A stretch of DNA of 62,938 bases, the filler included, from Candidatus Eiseniibacteriota bacterium (GTDB lineage Bacteria; Orphanbacterota; Orphanbacteria; Orphanbacterales; Orphanbacteraceae): the NCBI GenBank assembly GCA_043809585.1. It is 5 parts of 5 records of this genome, joined end to end, with 100 filler letters (N's around TTAATTAATTAA, not from the genome) between each part and the next. Parts side by side here need not be neighbours in the genome. Positions count along the whole stretch, not along the records: positions 1 to 13,686 come from JBDROZ010000074.1; 4 more parts are not named here. The stretch is one strand, 5' to 3'. The notes below the pieces were generated by a model. The model was not told where the DNA came from. It saw only the letters and a list, made by a program, of their open reading frames with translations, and did no database searches. Below are positions 1 through 9,711 of this stretch, piece after piece (position 1 is the stretch's first letter; every line of letters begins with the position of its first letter). A program made the translations under genes and the position numbers.

Positions 1-57
1 CTTCTCGTCTGGCTACCCGAGCCCTCGTGAGGTATATTCATGAAAATTTCCGGCTAG
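1..57. repeat. CTAG-ended dispersed repeat, family B (partial copy at window edge)
   Basis: 46/57 identical, ungapped, to 37973..38029; ends in CTAG. Confidence 0.7.
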
Positions 58-106
58 CAAACCGTGGGGAGCGGCATTGGGGGGGTGGGGAGAGGCCGGG
101 GCCGGA

Positions 107-940
107 TCACGGCCGTTCCCGTTCGATTCGCCCGGCCACCCTCCCCACGAGGGCCGAGAATCTCTCCGCCGCCCGCGCGGTGGTCGAGAGAACCTCTTCG
201 TGGGTGAGGGGCGTCTCCGTGATCCCCGCCGCCCGGTTCGAGACGCACGAGATCACGAGGTTCCGGAAACCGACCTGTGTGGCCACGATCACGTCGGGCA
301 CCGTGGACATCCCGATCAGATCGGCCCCCGCCCCTCGGAGGAAGCGGATCTCGGCGGGGGTCTCGTAGCTCGGCCCGGAGACGGCGGCGTAGACACCCTC
401 CTTCAAGACGAACCCGAGCCCCTCCGCCTCCTGCCTGGCGATCTCCCTGAGCTCGGCCGGGTAGGCGCGCGAGAGGTCGGGGAACCGGGGCTCCCCGCCC
501 ACGGGGAGATAGCCGATCAGCGGGTTCGTCCCCATCAAGTTCAGGTGGTCCCGAACCGCGACGAGATCCCCCGGCTCCACTTCGGGGTTGATGCCGCCGC
601 TCGCGTTCGTGATGATCATGTAGTTCACGCCGAGCCGCCGGACCACCCGGATCGGTAGAGTCGATTCGGCGAGGGGAACGCCCTCGTAGTAATGGACCCG
701 GCCCCGGAGGAAGAGGACCGTCGCCCCGCCGACCCGGGCCACCACCAACTCGCCGGCATGGCCCTCCACGGTGGCCCGGGGGAAGTGGGGAATCTGCCAG
801 TACTCGAGGGCGAAGAGCCGCTCTGCCCGGTCCGCGAGGGGCCCGAGCCCCGACCCGAGCAGGATGGCGATCTCGGGCTTTTCCGGAAGACGGAGATCGA
901 GAAACTCGACCGCCTCGGAAACCTTCTTCTCCAAATCCAT
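107..940 (-). CDS. punA: Purine nucleoside phosphorylase (trimeric PNP-I/XapA type)
   Basis: Motifs ILLGSGLG, VEGHAGEL, GRVHYYEG, TNASGG, GPSYETPAE, GMSTVPD; start trimmed to MDLEKK at 940. Confidence 0.93.
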   Translation of the reverse strand: MDLEKKVSEAVEFLDLRLPEKPEIAILLGSGLGPLADRAERLFALEYWQIPHFPRATVEGHAGELVVARVGGATVLFLRGRVHYYEGVPLAESTLPIRVVRRLGVNYMIITNASGGINPEVEPGDLVAVRDHLNLMGTNPLIGYLPVGGEPRFPDLSRAYPAELREIARQEAEGLGFVLKEGVYAAVSGPSYETPAEIRFLRGAGADLIGMSTVPDVIVATQVGFRNLVISCVSNRAAGITETPLTHEEVLSTTARAAERFSALVGRVAGRIERERP

Positions 941-1010
941 CGCTCGCTCCGGGCCCCGGGAAAGTCTCCCGGCGTCCAAAGATTTTCTTGTCCGCCGGGG
1001 CTGCCTTCTA

Positions 1011-1029
1011 TATAGTTGCCGCAACTGTA
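1011..1029. promoter_or_regulatory. Inverted repeat TATAGTTGC-C-GCAACTGTA, candidate operator in the divergent punA/TonB-receptor intergenic region
   Basis: 8/9 palindromic arms; overlaps a possible minus-strand -10 (TACAGT) 18 nt from TTGACT. Confidence 0.4.
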
Positions 1030-1137
1030 AGCCCCTGTCCGCCAAAAAGTCAACGTTCCGGCGCCTCCGGCGGGGCCGGTTCATGGCGAGGCGGACTCTC
1101 GTCGTTCGCGCCCCCGCCGGCCGGTATCGAGAGCGGA

Positions 1138-3972
1138 ATGGACCATCACCGAACACCGGGACGGGCCCGCCGGTTTCGTTTCTTCCTTCTCCCCTTCCTT
1201 CTCCCCTTCGTTCTCCTCGCGGCCGCCCTCGTCCCGACCTCCCCGCTCCTCGCGGAGGACCCGGAAATCGGCTCCCTTCAGGGCCGGATCACCGACAAGG
1301 AAACCGGGGAGGCGATCGCCTTCGCGGACGTGATCCTCGTCGGCACGGGGAAGGGAATCATTTCCGGCCAGGACGGATCGTACCGGTTCGTCATGATCCC
1401 CGCAGGAATCTATCAGCTTCGGGTCAACCGGATGGGATACGGCAGCGAGCTGCTCGACCAGGTCCGGATCGAAGCGGGGTACGTGATGAAGAGGGACATC
1501 GGCCTCCAGCCGATCGCGGTGCGGGAGATGGAGCCCATCGAAGTGAGCGCCGACCGGGAGATGGTCGACGTGGAAGTCTCCCAAACATCCCATTACATCA
1601 CGTCCGCCGAGATCAAGGACATGGCGGTCACCGTGATTGACGATGTGGTGGGCAAACAGGCGGGCGTGGTCGAACAGGACGGCGGCCTCTATGTGCGCGG
1701 GGGCCGGGCGGGCGACACGGTCTACCGGATCGACGGCGTGATCATCCGGGACCTGATCACCGGGGGGAGCTCGGCGGGAAACATCAGTGCCCGCTCCGTG
1801 AAGAGCGTGGAGATCATCACCGGCGGTTTCGACGCCGAGTACGGTCAGGCCCTCGCCGGGGTCATCGACATCGAGACGAAGGAGGGGAGCACGGAGCTTC
1901 ATGGGTACGGCGAGTACCAAAGCGACCATCTGCCCCTCTTCGGACAGATCTACCGCAGCTACGACCTCGACAACTTCGAGTTCCAGATCGAAGGGGAGGA
2001 GCCCTTCCAGGCGTTCGCGCTCCGCCCCCTCGGCATCGACGTTCCCGGAAAGCTGACCTTCTTTCTCGACGTGTCGGGGGACTTCGACGACACCTATCTC
2101 CCGGTGAAGGCGGCCGGCGGCGGCGACAACACGCTCCGCTCCAACTACCGGGACAGTTTCCTCGGGATGGACATCGACTACGGGAAGGACTTCTGGACCC
2201 CCCGGGCGGAGAACCGATGGTCCGGCATCTACAAGATATCGTGGCAGCCGAACGGCAAGAACAAGCTGAACCTCTCGTTCCAGAAGAAGTTGGAGATCAG
2301 CCACGGGTTCTTCCGGAGACCCCTCGGCAACGCCATCAGTCCGGGGGAGGCGACGTCGGCGTACAACTGGGAATGGAGCCGCCGGAAGGACCACGACTAC
2401 ACGATGACCGACGACAACAACACGATCACTTTCGACTGGCGCCACCTGTGGAACCGGCGGACCCGGACGACCCTCCGGTTCTCCCGGCAGTTTACCGCCT
2501 TCTTCCAGAACGTCTACGGGAGGCCGTGGTTCACGTACGAAGAACCGAGCGACCGGGACCTCCCCCCGGCCGCGGACGACCCCTTCTTCGTCAACACCGG
2601 TGACAACGGCCTCTGGCACAACCGGTACGTCGAGAACTACACGGGGTACTTCGACCTCGAGCACGAGCGGGGGGACGCACACAAGTTCAAGGGGGGATTC
2701 GACATCTCCTACGAGAACCTCCAGTTCGTCACCATCTCGGAGCCCTGGGTCGCCGATCCGGACGGCCTCGGCCGGAACCACGATCTCTGGCACGTCTATC
2801 CGACCACGGGCGCCCTCTACGTCCAGGACAAGTTCCGGTACGAGGGGTTCATCGGCAACGTGGGTCTTCGCTACGACTACTGGTTCCCCGGGAGCGCCGC
2901 CGAGAACGCCGTTCGCGACACGACCCGGGATTCGTACAACGAAGCGCTTCTCCGTAGCTACGAGGGCGACTCCCACGCCTTCGTCGGGGGGAACCGGTTC
3001 AAGGGGACCATGGCCCCTCGCTTCCAGGTCTCCCACCCGATCACCGACCGTTCCCATCTCTTTTTCAACTACGGCCACTTCTCTCAGCGGCCGGATTACT
3101 TCTACGTGTACTCGAAGATCTCCTCCGTCTCGAGCGAGGACTTCCCCATCGTGGGGAACCTGAACCTGAACCCGAAGCGGACGGTGAAGTACGAGCTCGG
3201 CGCGCGGCATCAGGTGGCGAACGACCTCGCCCTCGATTTTTCGGTCTTCTACGACGACATCTACGACTACGAGAAGTCCCTCCGCTTCGAGCGCCAGGGA
3301 CGGCCCGACTTCTTCGTCTTCATCAATGAAGATTTTGCCCGCTCCCGGGGGATCGAGATCACCCTCAGGAAGAAGCGGAGCAAGTACATGTGGGGACGGC
3401 TCGCCTACTCCTACACGATCGCCACGGGGAAGTCGTCCGACCCGACCCAGAGCAATCTCCTCCAGGAGGAAGTCGGCGCCTTCACGCAGATCGGGAAGGA
3501 CGAGGAGTTCCTCTACTGGAACCGTCCCCACAAGCTGACGGCGGACGTGACGATCTCGGTGGGGGAGAAGCAGGACCCGCCGACGATCTTCGGGTGGACC
3601 ACCCCCCATGACTGGTCGCTCCACGCCTACTTCTGGGCCCAATCGGGCCGGGCGTACACGCCGACCGCCCCCGAGGGGGAGGAGACGGCCAAGCGCTACT
3701 CCGCGAACGCCCCCTTCAACACGACTTTCGACCTGCGCTTTTCGAAGGGGTTCCGTTGGAGCGGACTCAAGTGGTCCTACCTGGTCGAGGCGCGCAACCT
3801 GTTCAATCATGTCTACCCGAAGCGGATCGATTCCGTCACGGGAAGAGCCTACGTCATCGGCGAAGGAAGCCTGAGCCGGGAGCTCTCGCAGTCGGAAGTC
3901 GCCCAATACAGCGATCCCTCTTTCTGGAGCACGCCCCGGTCGTTCCGGGTCGGACTCTCGACCGAGTTCTAG
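1138..3972 (+). CDS. TonB-dependent receptor with N-terminal carboxypeptidase-regulatory-like domain
   Basis: Signal peptide; G-I-D-ETGEAI-FA-V N-domain; plug motifs LYVRGGR and IITGGFDAEYG; beta-barrel ending in F (GLSTEF). Confidence 0.9.
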   Translation: MDHHRTPGRARRFRFFLLPFLLPFVLLAAALVPTSPLLAEDPEIGSLQGRITDKETGEAIAFADVILVGTGKGIISGQDGSYRFVMIPAGIYQLRVNRMGYGSELLDQVRIEAGYVMKRDIGLQPIAVREMEPIEVSADREMVDVEVSQTSHYITSAEIKDMAVTVIDDVVGKQAGVVEQDGGLYVRGGRAGDTVYRIDGVIIRDLITGGSSAGNISARSVKSVEIITGGFDAEYGQALAGVIDIETKEGSTELHGYGEYQSDHLPLFGQIYRSYDLDNFEFQIEGEEPFQAFALRPLGIDVPGKLTFFLDVSGDFDDTYLPVKAAGGGDNTLRSNYRDSFLGMDIDYGKDFWTPRAENRWSGIYKISWQPNGKNKLNLSFQKKLEISHGFFRRPLGNAISPGEATSAYNWEWSRRKDHDYTMTDDNNTITFDWRHLWNRRTRTTLRFSRQFTAFFQNVYGRPWFTYEEPSDRDLPPAADDPFFVNTGDNGLWHNRYVENYTGYFDLEHERGDAHKFKGGFDISYENLQFVTISEPWVADPDGLGRNHDLWHVYPTTGALYVQDKFRYEGFIGNVGLRYDYWFPGSAAENAVRDTTRDSYNEALLRSYEGDSHAFVGGNRFKGTMAPRFQVSHPITDRSHLFFNYGHFSQRPDYFYVYSKISSVSSEDFPIVGNLNLNPKRTVKYELGARHQVANDLALDFSVFYDDIYDYEKSLRFERQGRPDFFVFINEDFARSRGIEITLRKKRSKYMWGRLAYSYTIATGKSSDPTQSNLLQEEVGAFTQIGKDEEFLYWNRPHKLTADVTISVGEKQDPPTIFGWTTPHDWSLHAYFWAQSGRAYTPTAPEGEETAKRYSANAPFNTTFDLRFSKGFRWSGLKWSYLVEARNLFNHVYPKRIDSVTGRAYVIGEGSLSRELSQSEVAQYSDPSFWSTPRSFRVGLSTEF

Positions 3973-3985
3973 CAGGGGAAGGACG

Positions 3986-4987
3986 ATGAGGACAGGAACC
4001 GCCATGACGGCGATCGCTCTCCTGCTCGGCGCCGGCGCCGCGGAAGGGGCGTCGAGCCTCGGCGGCGAACGGGTGGCGACCAACGCCGGCGCGTTCCTCA
4101 AGATCGGTATCGGCGCCAAGGCGGTCGGGCTCGGCGAGGCGTTCACCGCCATCGCCGACGACGCGACGGCCCTCTACTGGAACCCGGCGGGGCTCGTGAA
4201 TCTCCCCCGTCGCGAGGCGTACTTCTCCCACACCTCCTGGATCGCCGACATCGACTACGAGTACATGGCGTACGCCCAGCCGCTGAACTACCTCGGCGGG
4301 ATCTCCGTGGGCCTCCACGTCGGCACGCTCCGAACGAACATGATGGAAACCACCGAGTACCAACCCTACGGCACGGGCCGCGAGTTCTCCTACTCGGACC
4401 TCTTCGTCGGCGTCGGCGCGGCCCGGAACTTCACGGACAAGCTCTCCATCGGCTTCGGCCTCAAATACGTCCGCGAGAACTACGGCGCCGCCATCGGCGG
4501 CCCCGTGGTGAACACCTGGGCGGCCGATTTCGGGACTTTCTATCACATCGGCTTCCGGGAGGCGGTCTTCTCCGTGGCGCTCCTCAATTTCGGGCCCGAA
4601 TGGCGGCCGTCCGGTTCCTTCCTCGAGTACGGCGGGGACGCCATTCCCCAGGAGAGGGATTTCGAGTCCTTCGCCCCCCCGACGGCGTTCAAGGCGGGCC
4701 TGGCGGGCCTGATCTGGGAGAACTCGGAATTCCGGCAGATCGCGGTCATCGAGATGAACCGCCCGCCGGACAACTCGGAGACCTATCGCCTCGCCACGGA
4801 AGTGGAGTACCGGGGGGCGCTCGCCCTCCGGACCGGATACAGCCTGAACGCGGACGAGTTGAAGTGGAGCGGCGGCATCGGCGTCCGTCTCGACACGGCC
4901 CGATTCACGGACCGGATCGACTACGCCTTTACCGAGTCCGACTACCTCGGCCGCGTGGACCGGATCTCGCTGGGGGTGGGTTTCTGA
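3986..4987 (+). CDS. PorV/PorQ-family outer-membrane beta-barrel (T9SS-associated)
   Basis: Signature FLKIGIGAKAVGLGEAFTAIADDATALYWNPAGL; C-terminal RISLGVGF. Confidence 0.85.
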   Translation: MRTGTAMTAIALLLGAGAAEGASSLGGERVATNAGAFLKIGIGAKAVGLGEAFTAIADDATALYWNPAGLVNLPRREAYFSHTSWIADIDYEYMAYAQPLNYLGGISVGLHVGTLRTNMMETTEYQPYGTGREFSYSDLFVGVGAARNFTDKLSIGFGLKYVRENYGAAIGGPVVNTWAADFGTFYHIGFREAVFSVALLNFGPEWRPSGSFLEYGGDAIPQERDFESFAPPTAFKAGLAGLIWENSEFRQIAVIEMNRPPDNSETYRLATEVEYRGALALRTGYSLNADELKWSGGIGVRLDTARFTDRIDYAFTESDYLGRVDRISLGVGF

Positions 4988-6135
4988 TGCGCCGGTACCG
5001 GCTCCTGACGGCGGCCCTGCTCCTTGCCGGATGCGGCAACAAGATGGACCTGCCCGTCGAGACACCGGGGGGCTCGATCCCCTTCGACGGCTATTTCGTC
5101 TACGGCGTCTGGGAGAACGTCGGAAACGTCACGGACATCCTCGTGACGGAGAACCAGTGGGTCTACCTCGCCGAGGACAGCGTCGCGGTCACGCGGTACA
5201 AGCGGAAGGGGGCGAACGTCGACGGCGTCATCGTTGCCCGGGCGATCGGGAGCCTGCCCGGCCTCGGCCGTCCGGTCTACCTCGACGAGGGGATGGAGGA
5301 CCACATCTTCATCGTCGATCTCGAGACGGACACCCTTCCCGTGCCGCCGAACAACGTCGAGTCCCGGCTCCTCCTCGTCCCGACGGTGAAGCTCTTCGAT
5401 CTGTACTCCGAGGAATTCACCGAGTCGTGGCGGGACGCCGCGTGGACGCCCCTCGACTCGTTCTACCGGTATCCGGGCCGGGACAGCGCGAAGTCGATCC
5501 GTTACCTCCACGATTTCACGGCCACGGGCGTCGGGGCCGACGGCGAGGACCGGGTGTACGTCGCCGGCCGCTCCTTCTCCTACACCGAGCGGGTTCTCCG
5601 TCACTACGAGGGAGGAGTCGTCACCTCCCGGGACACGTCGTGGAGCGACTCGTCCACGACCTGGTCCGTGATGAAGTACGAGAGCGACGGGACGCCCGCC
5701 GGCGAAGCGGCGGGGGACGGCACGGGGCTCGGCTACGGAAGGGGAATCCACCGCGTCGCCCTCTCGCCGGATTACCTCTACTTCGTCGACGGGGGAACGA
5801 ACCGCGTCAAAATCAACAACCGGGCCGGCGAGTCCGCCGGCGTCGAGTGGCTCGACGGCACGGAGATCGGCGAGGCCGCCGAGGCGCTCCCCTTCGATCT
5901 CATCCCCTCCGGGCTCGGCGTCGACGTTCGCGGGCAGCTCTACGTGAGCGACGGCGGCAACCACCGGGTATTGAAGTACACCTCCCAGTTCCGATACAAG
6001 GAACGGGTCGACAAGAACGAAATCGGGCTGCTCGGGGCGCCTGCGGCGATCGCCGCGACGGACTCGCTCGTCTATGTTTTCGACGAGGCGGGGCCGCGGA
6101 TCGTCCTCTTCGAGCTGCCCGCACCGGCGGAGTAG
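4987..6135 (+). CDS. Lipoprotein with NHL-repeat beta-propeller
   Basis: Lipobox LLAGC; NHL-like repeats (PSGLGVDVRGQLYVSDGGNHRVLKY); ATG overlaps the PorV stop. Confidence 0.75.
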   Translation: MRRYRLLTAALLLAGCGNKMDLPVETPGGSIPFDGYFVYGVWENVGNVTDILVTENQWVYLAEDSVAVTRYKRKGANVDGVIVARAIGSLPGLGRPVYLDEGMEDHIFIVDLETDTLPVPPNNVESRLLLVPTVKLFDLYSEEFTESWRDAAWTPLDSFYRYPGRDSAKSIRYLHDFTATGVGADGEDRVYVAGRSFSYTERVLRHYEGGVVTSRDTSWSDSSTTWSVMKYESDGTPAGEAAGDGTGLGYGRGIHRVALSPDYLYFVDGGTNRVKINNRAGESAGVEWLDGTEIGEAAEALPFDLIPSGLGVDVRGQLYVSDGGNHRVLKYTSQFRYKERVDKNEIGLLGAPAAIAATDSLVYVFDEAGPRIVLFELPAPAE

Positions 6136-6141
6136 AGGGCC

Positions 6142-8019
6142 ATGATCGATCGAATCCGAAAACCGGCGGTCCTCGCCCTCCTCGGGCTATTCGCGGCGAC
6201 GTCCGCGTCGGCGCAGGGCTACGTCCCCGTCCCGGACGCGGAGTACACGAACGTCAATCTCGTGGGGCTGATGATCAACAACAACGGGTTCCTCGGGACC
6301 AATCTGCCCGGGGCGAACGGCGAGCCGGCCAACTTCGATCCCTCCTTCGAGTATCCCCTCGGCACGAACATCGAGAGGATGATCCGCGGCGGGGTCTGGA
6401 TCGGCGCGGTGAACATCGACGGCGACAGCCTCGTGTCGACGGCCACCATCGACGGCGCGTTCAACGACCCGATCTCGTCCGAGTACCGTGAGGGAACCCT
6501 GATCCTCGAGCGGTCGTCGCTCCGGAACAGCCCGGACTACGATCCCGAAGCCATCTCGGAGAACGACCTCGTCTGCTTCTTCGTCGACACGGACTCGACG
6601 ATCCAGTCGCGACACCGGCCGATCAACATCCGTGTCGACATGGAGGTGTACGCTTGGAGCTTCCAGCCTGTGAACCACTTCGTCATCCTCTCGTACTGGA
6701 TCAAGAACATCAGCAGGAACCGCCTCCAGGACATCTACGTGGGCATGTACGCCGAGCTGCTCGTCTGTTCCAAGGACTTCACGCGCCCATTCCCGAACGA
6801 GTGCTTCGACACGAAGCACGTGCAGTACTGGGAAGATGACCGCCTCGTCGGCTGCCACAGCTACCAATTCGCCCAGACCGTCCTGGCCGGCTGGGGGGGG
6901 TATTCGCTCCTGGGCTCCTCCCCCGACTCGCTGACCGGCAAGACGATCACTTTCGACTGGTGGGAGTGGGACCCGGATCTGGCGGACCGGGAGACCGACG
7001 CCGATCGCTACGTGAAGCTATCGAGCGGCGTCGTCGACTCGACGATCACGGATGACGGGACCTCGTCGTCCCCCGACCCGGTGGAGCTTCTCTCCGTCGG
7101 TCCCTATCGCTTCCTCGACCCCGGGGATTCGCTGAACGTGGTCTTCGCGTACGTGGGGGGAAGGAACGACGAGGACTTCCAATTCCGGGCCTCCTGGGCC
7201 CAGAAGACCTACGACTCGAACTACAAGATCCCCGAACCGCCCCCCTCGCCGCGGATTCACGTCGACCCGGCCCCGAACTCGGTGCGCGTCTTCTGGGACG
7301 CTTCGCCCGAGACCATCCCGGACCCGGTCCTCAACGATTCGCTCGACTTCCAGGGATACCGACTGTACCTCTCCCGGGACAACTCGGATTACACCCTCGT
7401 CGGCGAGTACGACGTGGTCGACACGATCGGTTTCAACACCGGCTTCGCCTCCGTCGCCCACGACACGGTGATCGACGGCTGGGGCTACAACTACGTGACC
7501 GACATCCCCTCGCTGAAGGACGGTTTCAAGTACTTTGTCGCCGTCACGTCCTACGACAAGGGGGACAAGACGGCGGGGGTGCCCCCCCTCGAGAGCGGGG
7601 TCTCCCAGAACCGGGTGCCGATCGTCCCCGGGCCGGAGGGGGGCAGACCGGGCGAGGACCGGCCGGACGTGATCGTCTTTCCGAACCCGTACCGGGGCGA
7701 GGCGCTCTGGGACGGCCGCTACGCACGGGACCGATTGATCTACTTCGCCAATCTTCCCCGAAAATGCACGATCCGGATCTACACGATCGCCGGCGACCTG
7801 GTCGACACGATCGAGTTCGAGTCGGACGAGTACCACGCCGCCGACGTGTCCGCCGTGAACGACCCCGACTTCGCCCCCCCCGAACTGTCCGGCGGTCTCG
7901 CGGCGTGGGACCTTCTCACGAGCGAGAGCCAGACCGTCGCATCGGGGCTCTACGTCTTCTCCGTGGAAGACCGCGAAACGGGCGACGTGGAGGTCGGAAA
8001 GTTCATGGTGATCCGATGA
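6142..8019 (+). CDS. Secreted protein with FN3-like domain and T9SS-like C-terminal domain
   Basis: Signal peptide; PEPPPSP..W..DFQGYRLY..YFVAVTSYD; C-terminus VIVFPNPY..IYFANLP..IRIYTIAGDLV..GKFMVIR. Confidence 0.8.
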   Translation: MIDRIRKPAVLALLGLFAATSASAQGYVPVPDAEYTNVNLVGLMINNNGFLGTNLPGANGEPANFDPSFEYPLGTNIERMIRGGVWIGAVNIDGDSLVSTATIDGAFNDPISSEYREGTLILERSSLRNSPDYDPEAISENDLVCFFVDTDSTIQSRHRPINIRVDMEVYAWSFQPVNHFVILSYWIKNISRNRLQDIYVGMYAELLVCSKDFTRPFPNECFDTKHVQYWEDDRLVGCHSYQFAQTVLAGWGGYSLLGSSPDSLTGKTITFDWWEWDPDLADRETDADRYVKLSSGVVDSTITDDGTSSSPDPVELLSVGPYRFLDPGDSLNVVFAYVGGRNDEDFQFRASWAQKTYDSNYKIPEPPPSPRIHVDPAPNSVRVFWDASPETIPDPVLNDSLDFQGYRLYLSRDNSDYTLVGEYDVVDTIGFNTGFASVAHDTVIDGWGYNYVTDIPSLKDGFKYFVAVTSYDKGDKTAGVPPLESGVSQNRVPIVPGPEGGRPGEDRPDVIVFPNPYRGEALWDGRYARDRLIYFANLPRKCTIRIYTIAGDLVDTIEFESDEYHAADVSAVNDPDFAPPELSGGLAAWDLLTSESQTVASGLYVFSVEDRETGDVEVGKFMVIR

Positions 8020-9494
8020 AAAAGGCCGTCGTCACGATGCTGCTTGCACTCCTCGCGGCGGTCGTCCTCGCCCTCTCGTGCGGCGAGAACGCCTTCGACC
8101 CGGCGGAGAACCTTCCCCCGGAAACGGGGCTCGCTTCCACGGGCGACTCGCTCCACACGACGCTCTATCTGGTGAACCTGAAGTGGTGGGGGAGCGACGC
8201 CGACGGCGAGGTGAACGGATTCGAGTACCGCTGGATCATTCCCGAGGGGACCGAGGCGTACGACCTGGACACTTCCTGGACCTACACCGGTTTCGTGAAG
8301 AAGGACTTCCTTCTCCCCGTCCCCGACTCGACCGAGGCGTTCCGCTTCGAGGTGCGGGCCCTGGACAACCGGGGGGCCGTCGATCCGACTCCGGCGAGCC
8401 AGATCTACCCCTTCTACAACAACCGCCCGGACTCGTACATTCGCTATCCGGAGCTCCTCCCCGACTCGACGTGGCCGGTGATCGCCTTCGGCTGGGAGGC
8501 GGGGGATCGGGACGGCGACTCGACGATCGCGAAGCACCTGATCTGGGTCGGCGGAAAAGAAGGGAGCCCCGTCGTGGTGCCCGGCGAGCTCGACACGGTG
8601 CTTCTCCTGCCGGCGGATCTCGACACGTCCGGACCGGTGACGATCTATCTTCAGACCGTCGATGACGGCTATTCCGCGGGCTTCCCCGACAGCTTCAACG
8701 TCCACCTGATCCCCCTTTACGGCAAGACCCTCCTCGTCGACGACTACCCACCCCCCTCGATCCAGCTGATCGACAACTTCTACCGGAACGTCCTGAGCGC
8801 CCGTCTCGGCGCCGACGGGTACACGATCCTCAATCTCTACCGGACCCCCTTCGACACGGACGTCCGGTTCGGAGGGCTTCTGACCGCGTTCGACGACGTG
8901 GTCTGGTACACGGGGAACCGGCAGCGCTCGGTCCCCGAGGACCAGCAGCGCTTCGAACAGATGCGCCTCGCCGAGATGGGCCTCGGCCGTTTCCTCAGCC
9001 GGGGGGGGGACCTCTTCCTCTCCTCCCTGAACGCCGTGGGGACCCTCTCCGGGCTCACCGGCGCCTTTCACCGGGAGTACATCGGCTTCGACACGCTCTA
9101 CACGCGCCCGGTCGAGGGTGGGGTCACAACGACTTTCACTTTCCAAACCGCGGGCGGCGCGCCCCCCCCCTGGGAGGTGCCCTTCCACGCGGTGGAGGGG
9201 ACCGGCCTCCCCGATCTGGAGCTTCTGGACTACTTCCAGTATGTGGGAATCGACGCCCCCCTCGACACGATCCCCTCGAAGTTCCGGGCCGAGCGGCTCT
9301 ACCGGGTCGACCCCGGGGCGTTCGTCACTCAGACGGCCCCGTTCTATCCCATGATCCGGTATGATCTTCCCTCGCCCGGGGGGCAGGTGGTCCTCTCCAC
9401 TTTCCCATTCGCCCTCTATGCCGGGGCGGGGACCAACGACGAGGCCTTGAACCTCTTCCTCGATTGGTTCGGCGTTCCCGGGACACGACACTAG
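8016..9494 (+). CDS. Lipoprotein with Ig/FN3-like repeats and C-terminal alpha/beta domain
   Basis: Lipobox LALSC; NLPPET..W.GSDADG..FEVRALDNRGAVDPTPA; LLVDDY..VVWYTG; ATGA overlap with the previous gene. Confidence 0.75.
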   Translation: MKKAVVTMLLALLAAVVLALSCGENAFDPAENLPPETGLASTGDSLHTTLYLVNLKWWGSDADGEVNGFEYRWIIPEGTEAYDLDTSWTYTGFVKKDFLLPVPDSTEAFRFEVRALDNRGAVDPTPASQIYPFYNNRPDSYIRYPELLPDSTWPVIAFGWEAGDRDGDSTIAKHLIWVGGKEGSPVVVPGELDTVLLLPADLDTSGPVTIYLQTVDDGYSAGFPDSFNVHLIPLYGKTLLVDDYPPPSIQLIDNFYRNVLSARLGADGYTILNLYRTPFDTDVRFGGLLTAFDDVVWYTGNRQRSVPEDQQRFEQMRLAEMGLGRFLSRGGDLFLSSLNAVGTLSGLTGAFHREYIGFDTLYTRPVEGGVTTTFTFQTAGGAPPPWEVPFHAVEGTGLPDLELLDYFQYVGIDAPLDTIPSKFRAERLYRVDPGAFVTQTAPFYPMIRYDLPSPGGQVVLSTFPFALYAGAGTNDEALNLFLDWFGVPGTRH

Positions 9495-9497
9495 TGG

Positions 9498-9526
9498 TTG
9501 ACTCTGCTCCCCGAACCTGGTATCAT
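9498..9526 (+). promoter_or_regulatory. Sigma70-type promoter
   Basis: TTGACT-17 nt-TATCAT with extended -10 TGn. Confidence 0.6.
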
Positions 9527-9711
9527 TGTGTCGGATAGCATCCATTGACCATGAGCGTCTCGTTCGGTCCGGGCCCGAGGCCCGGCCGGGAAAGGAGGAC
9601 CGGGTCGAATCAGTGCTTCCGCATATCGTGGCGATTCAACCGGATCTCAATTGCCTCCCCCTAGATGCGACATGAGATGCCATTCGTAAGCTCTCTTGCA
9701 GGAGGAAAACG

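Noticed and set aside
1004-1022. Possible NrdR box upstream of punA
   Set aside because: Spacing and core do not fit the consensus, and there is no tandem second box
1081-4152. 1023-aa antisense ORF (likewise 17960..20758, 32872..35211, 39343..41790, 51185..53482)
   Set aside because: Shadow ORFs opposite well-supported genes in high-GC DNA, with no motifs
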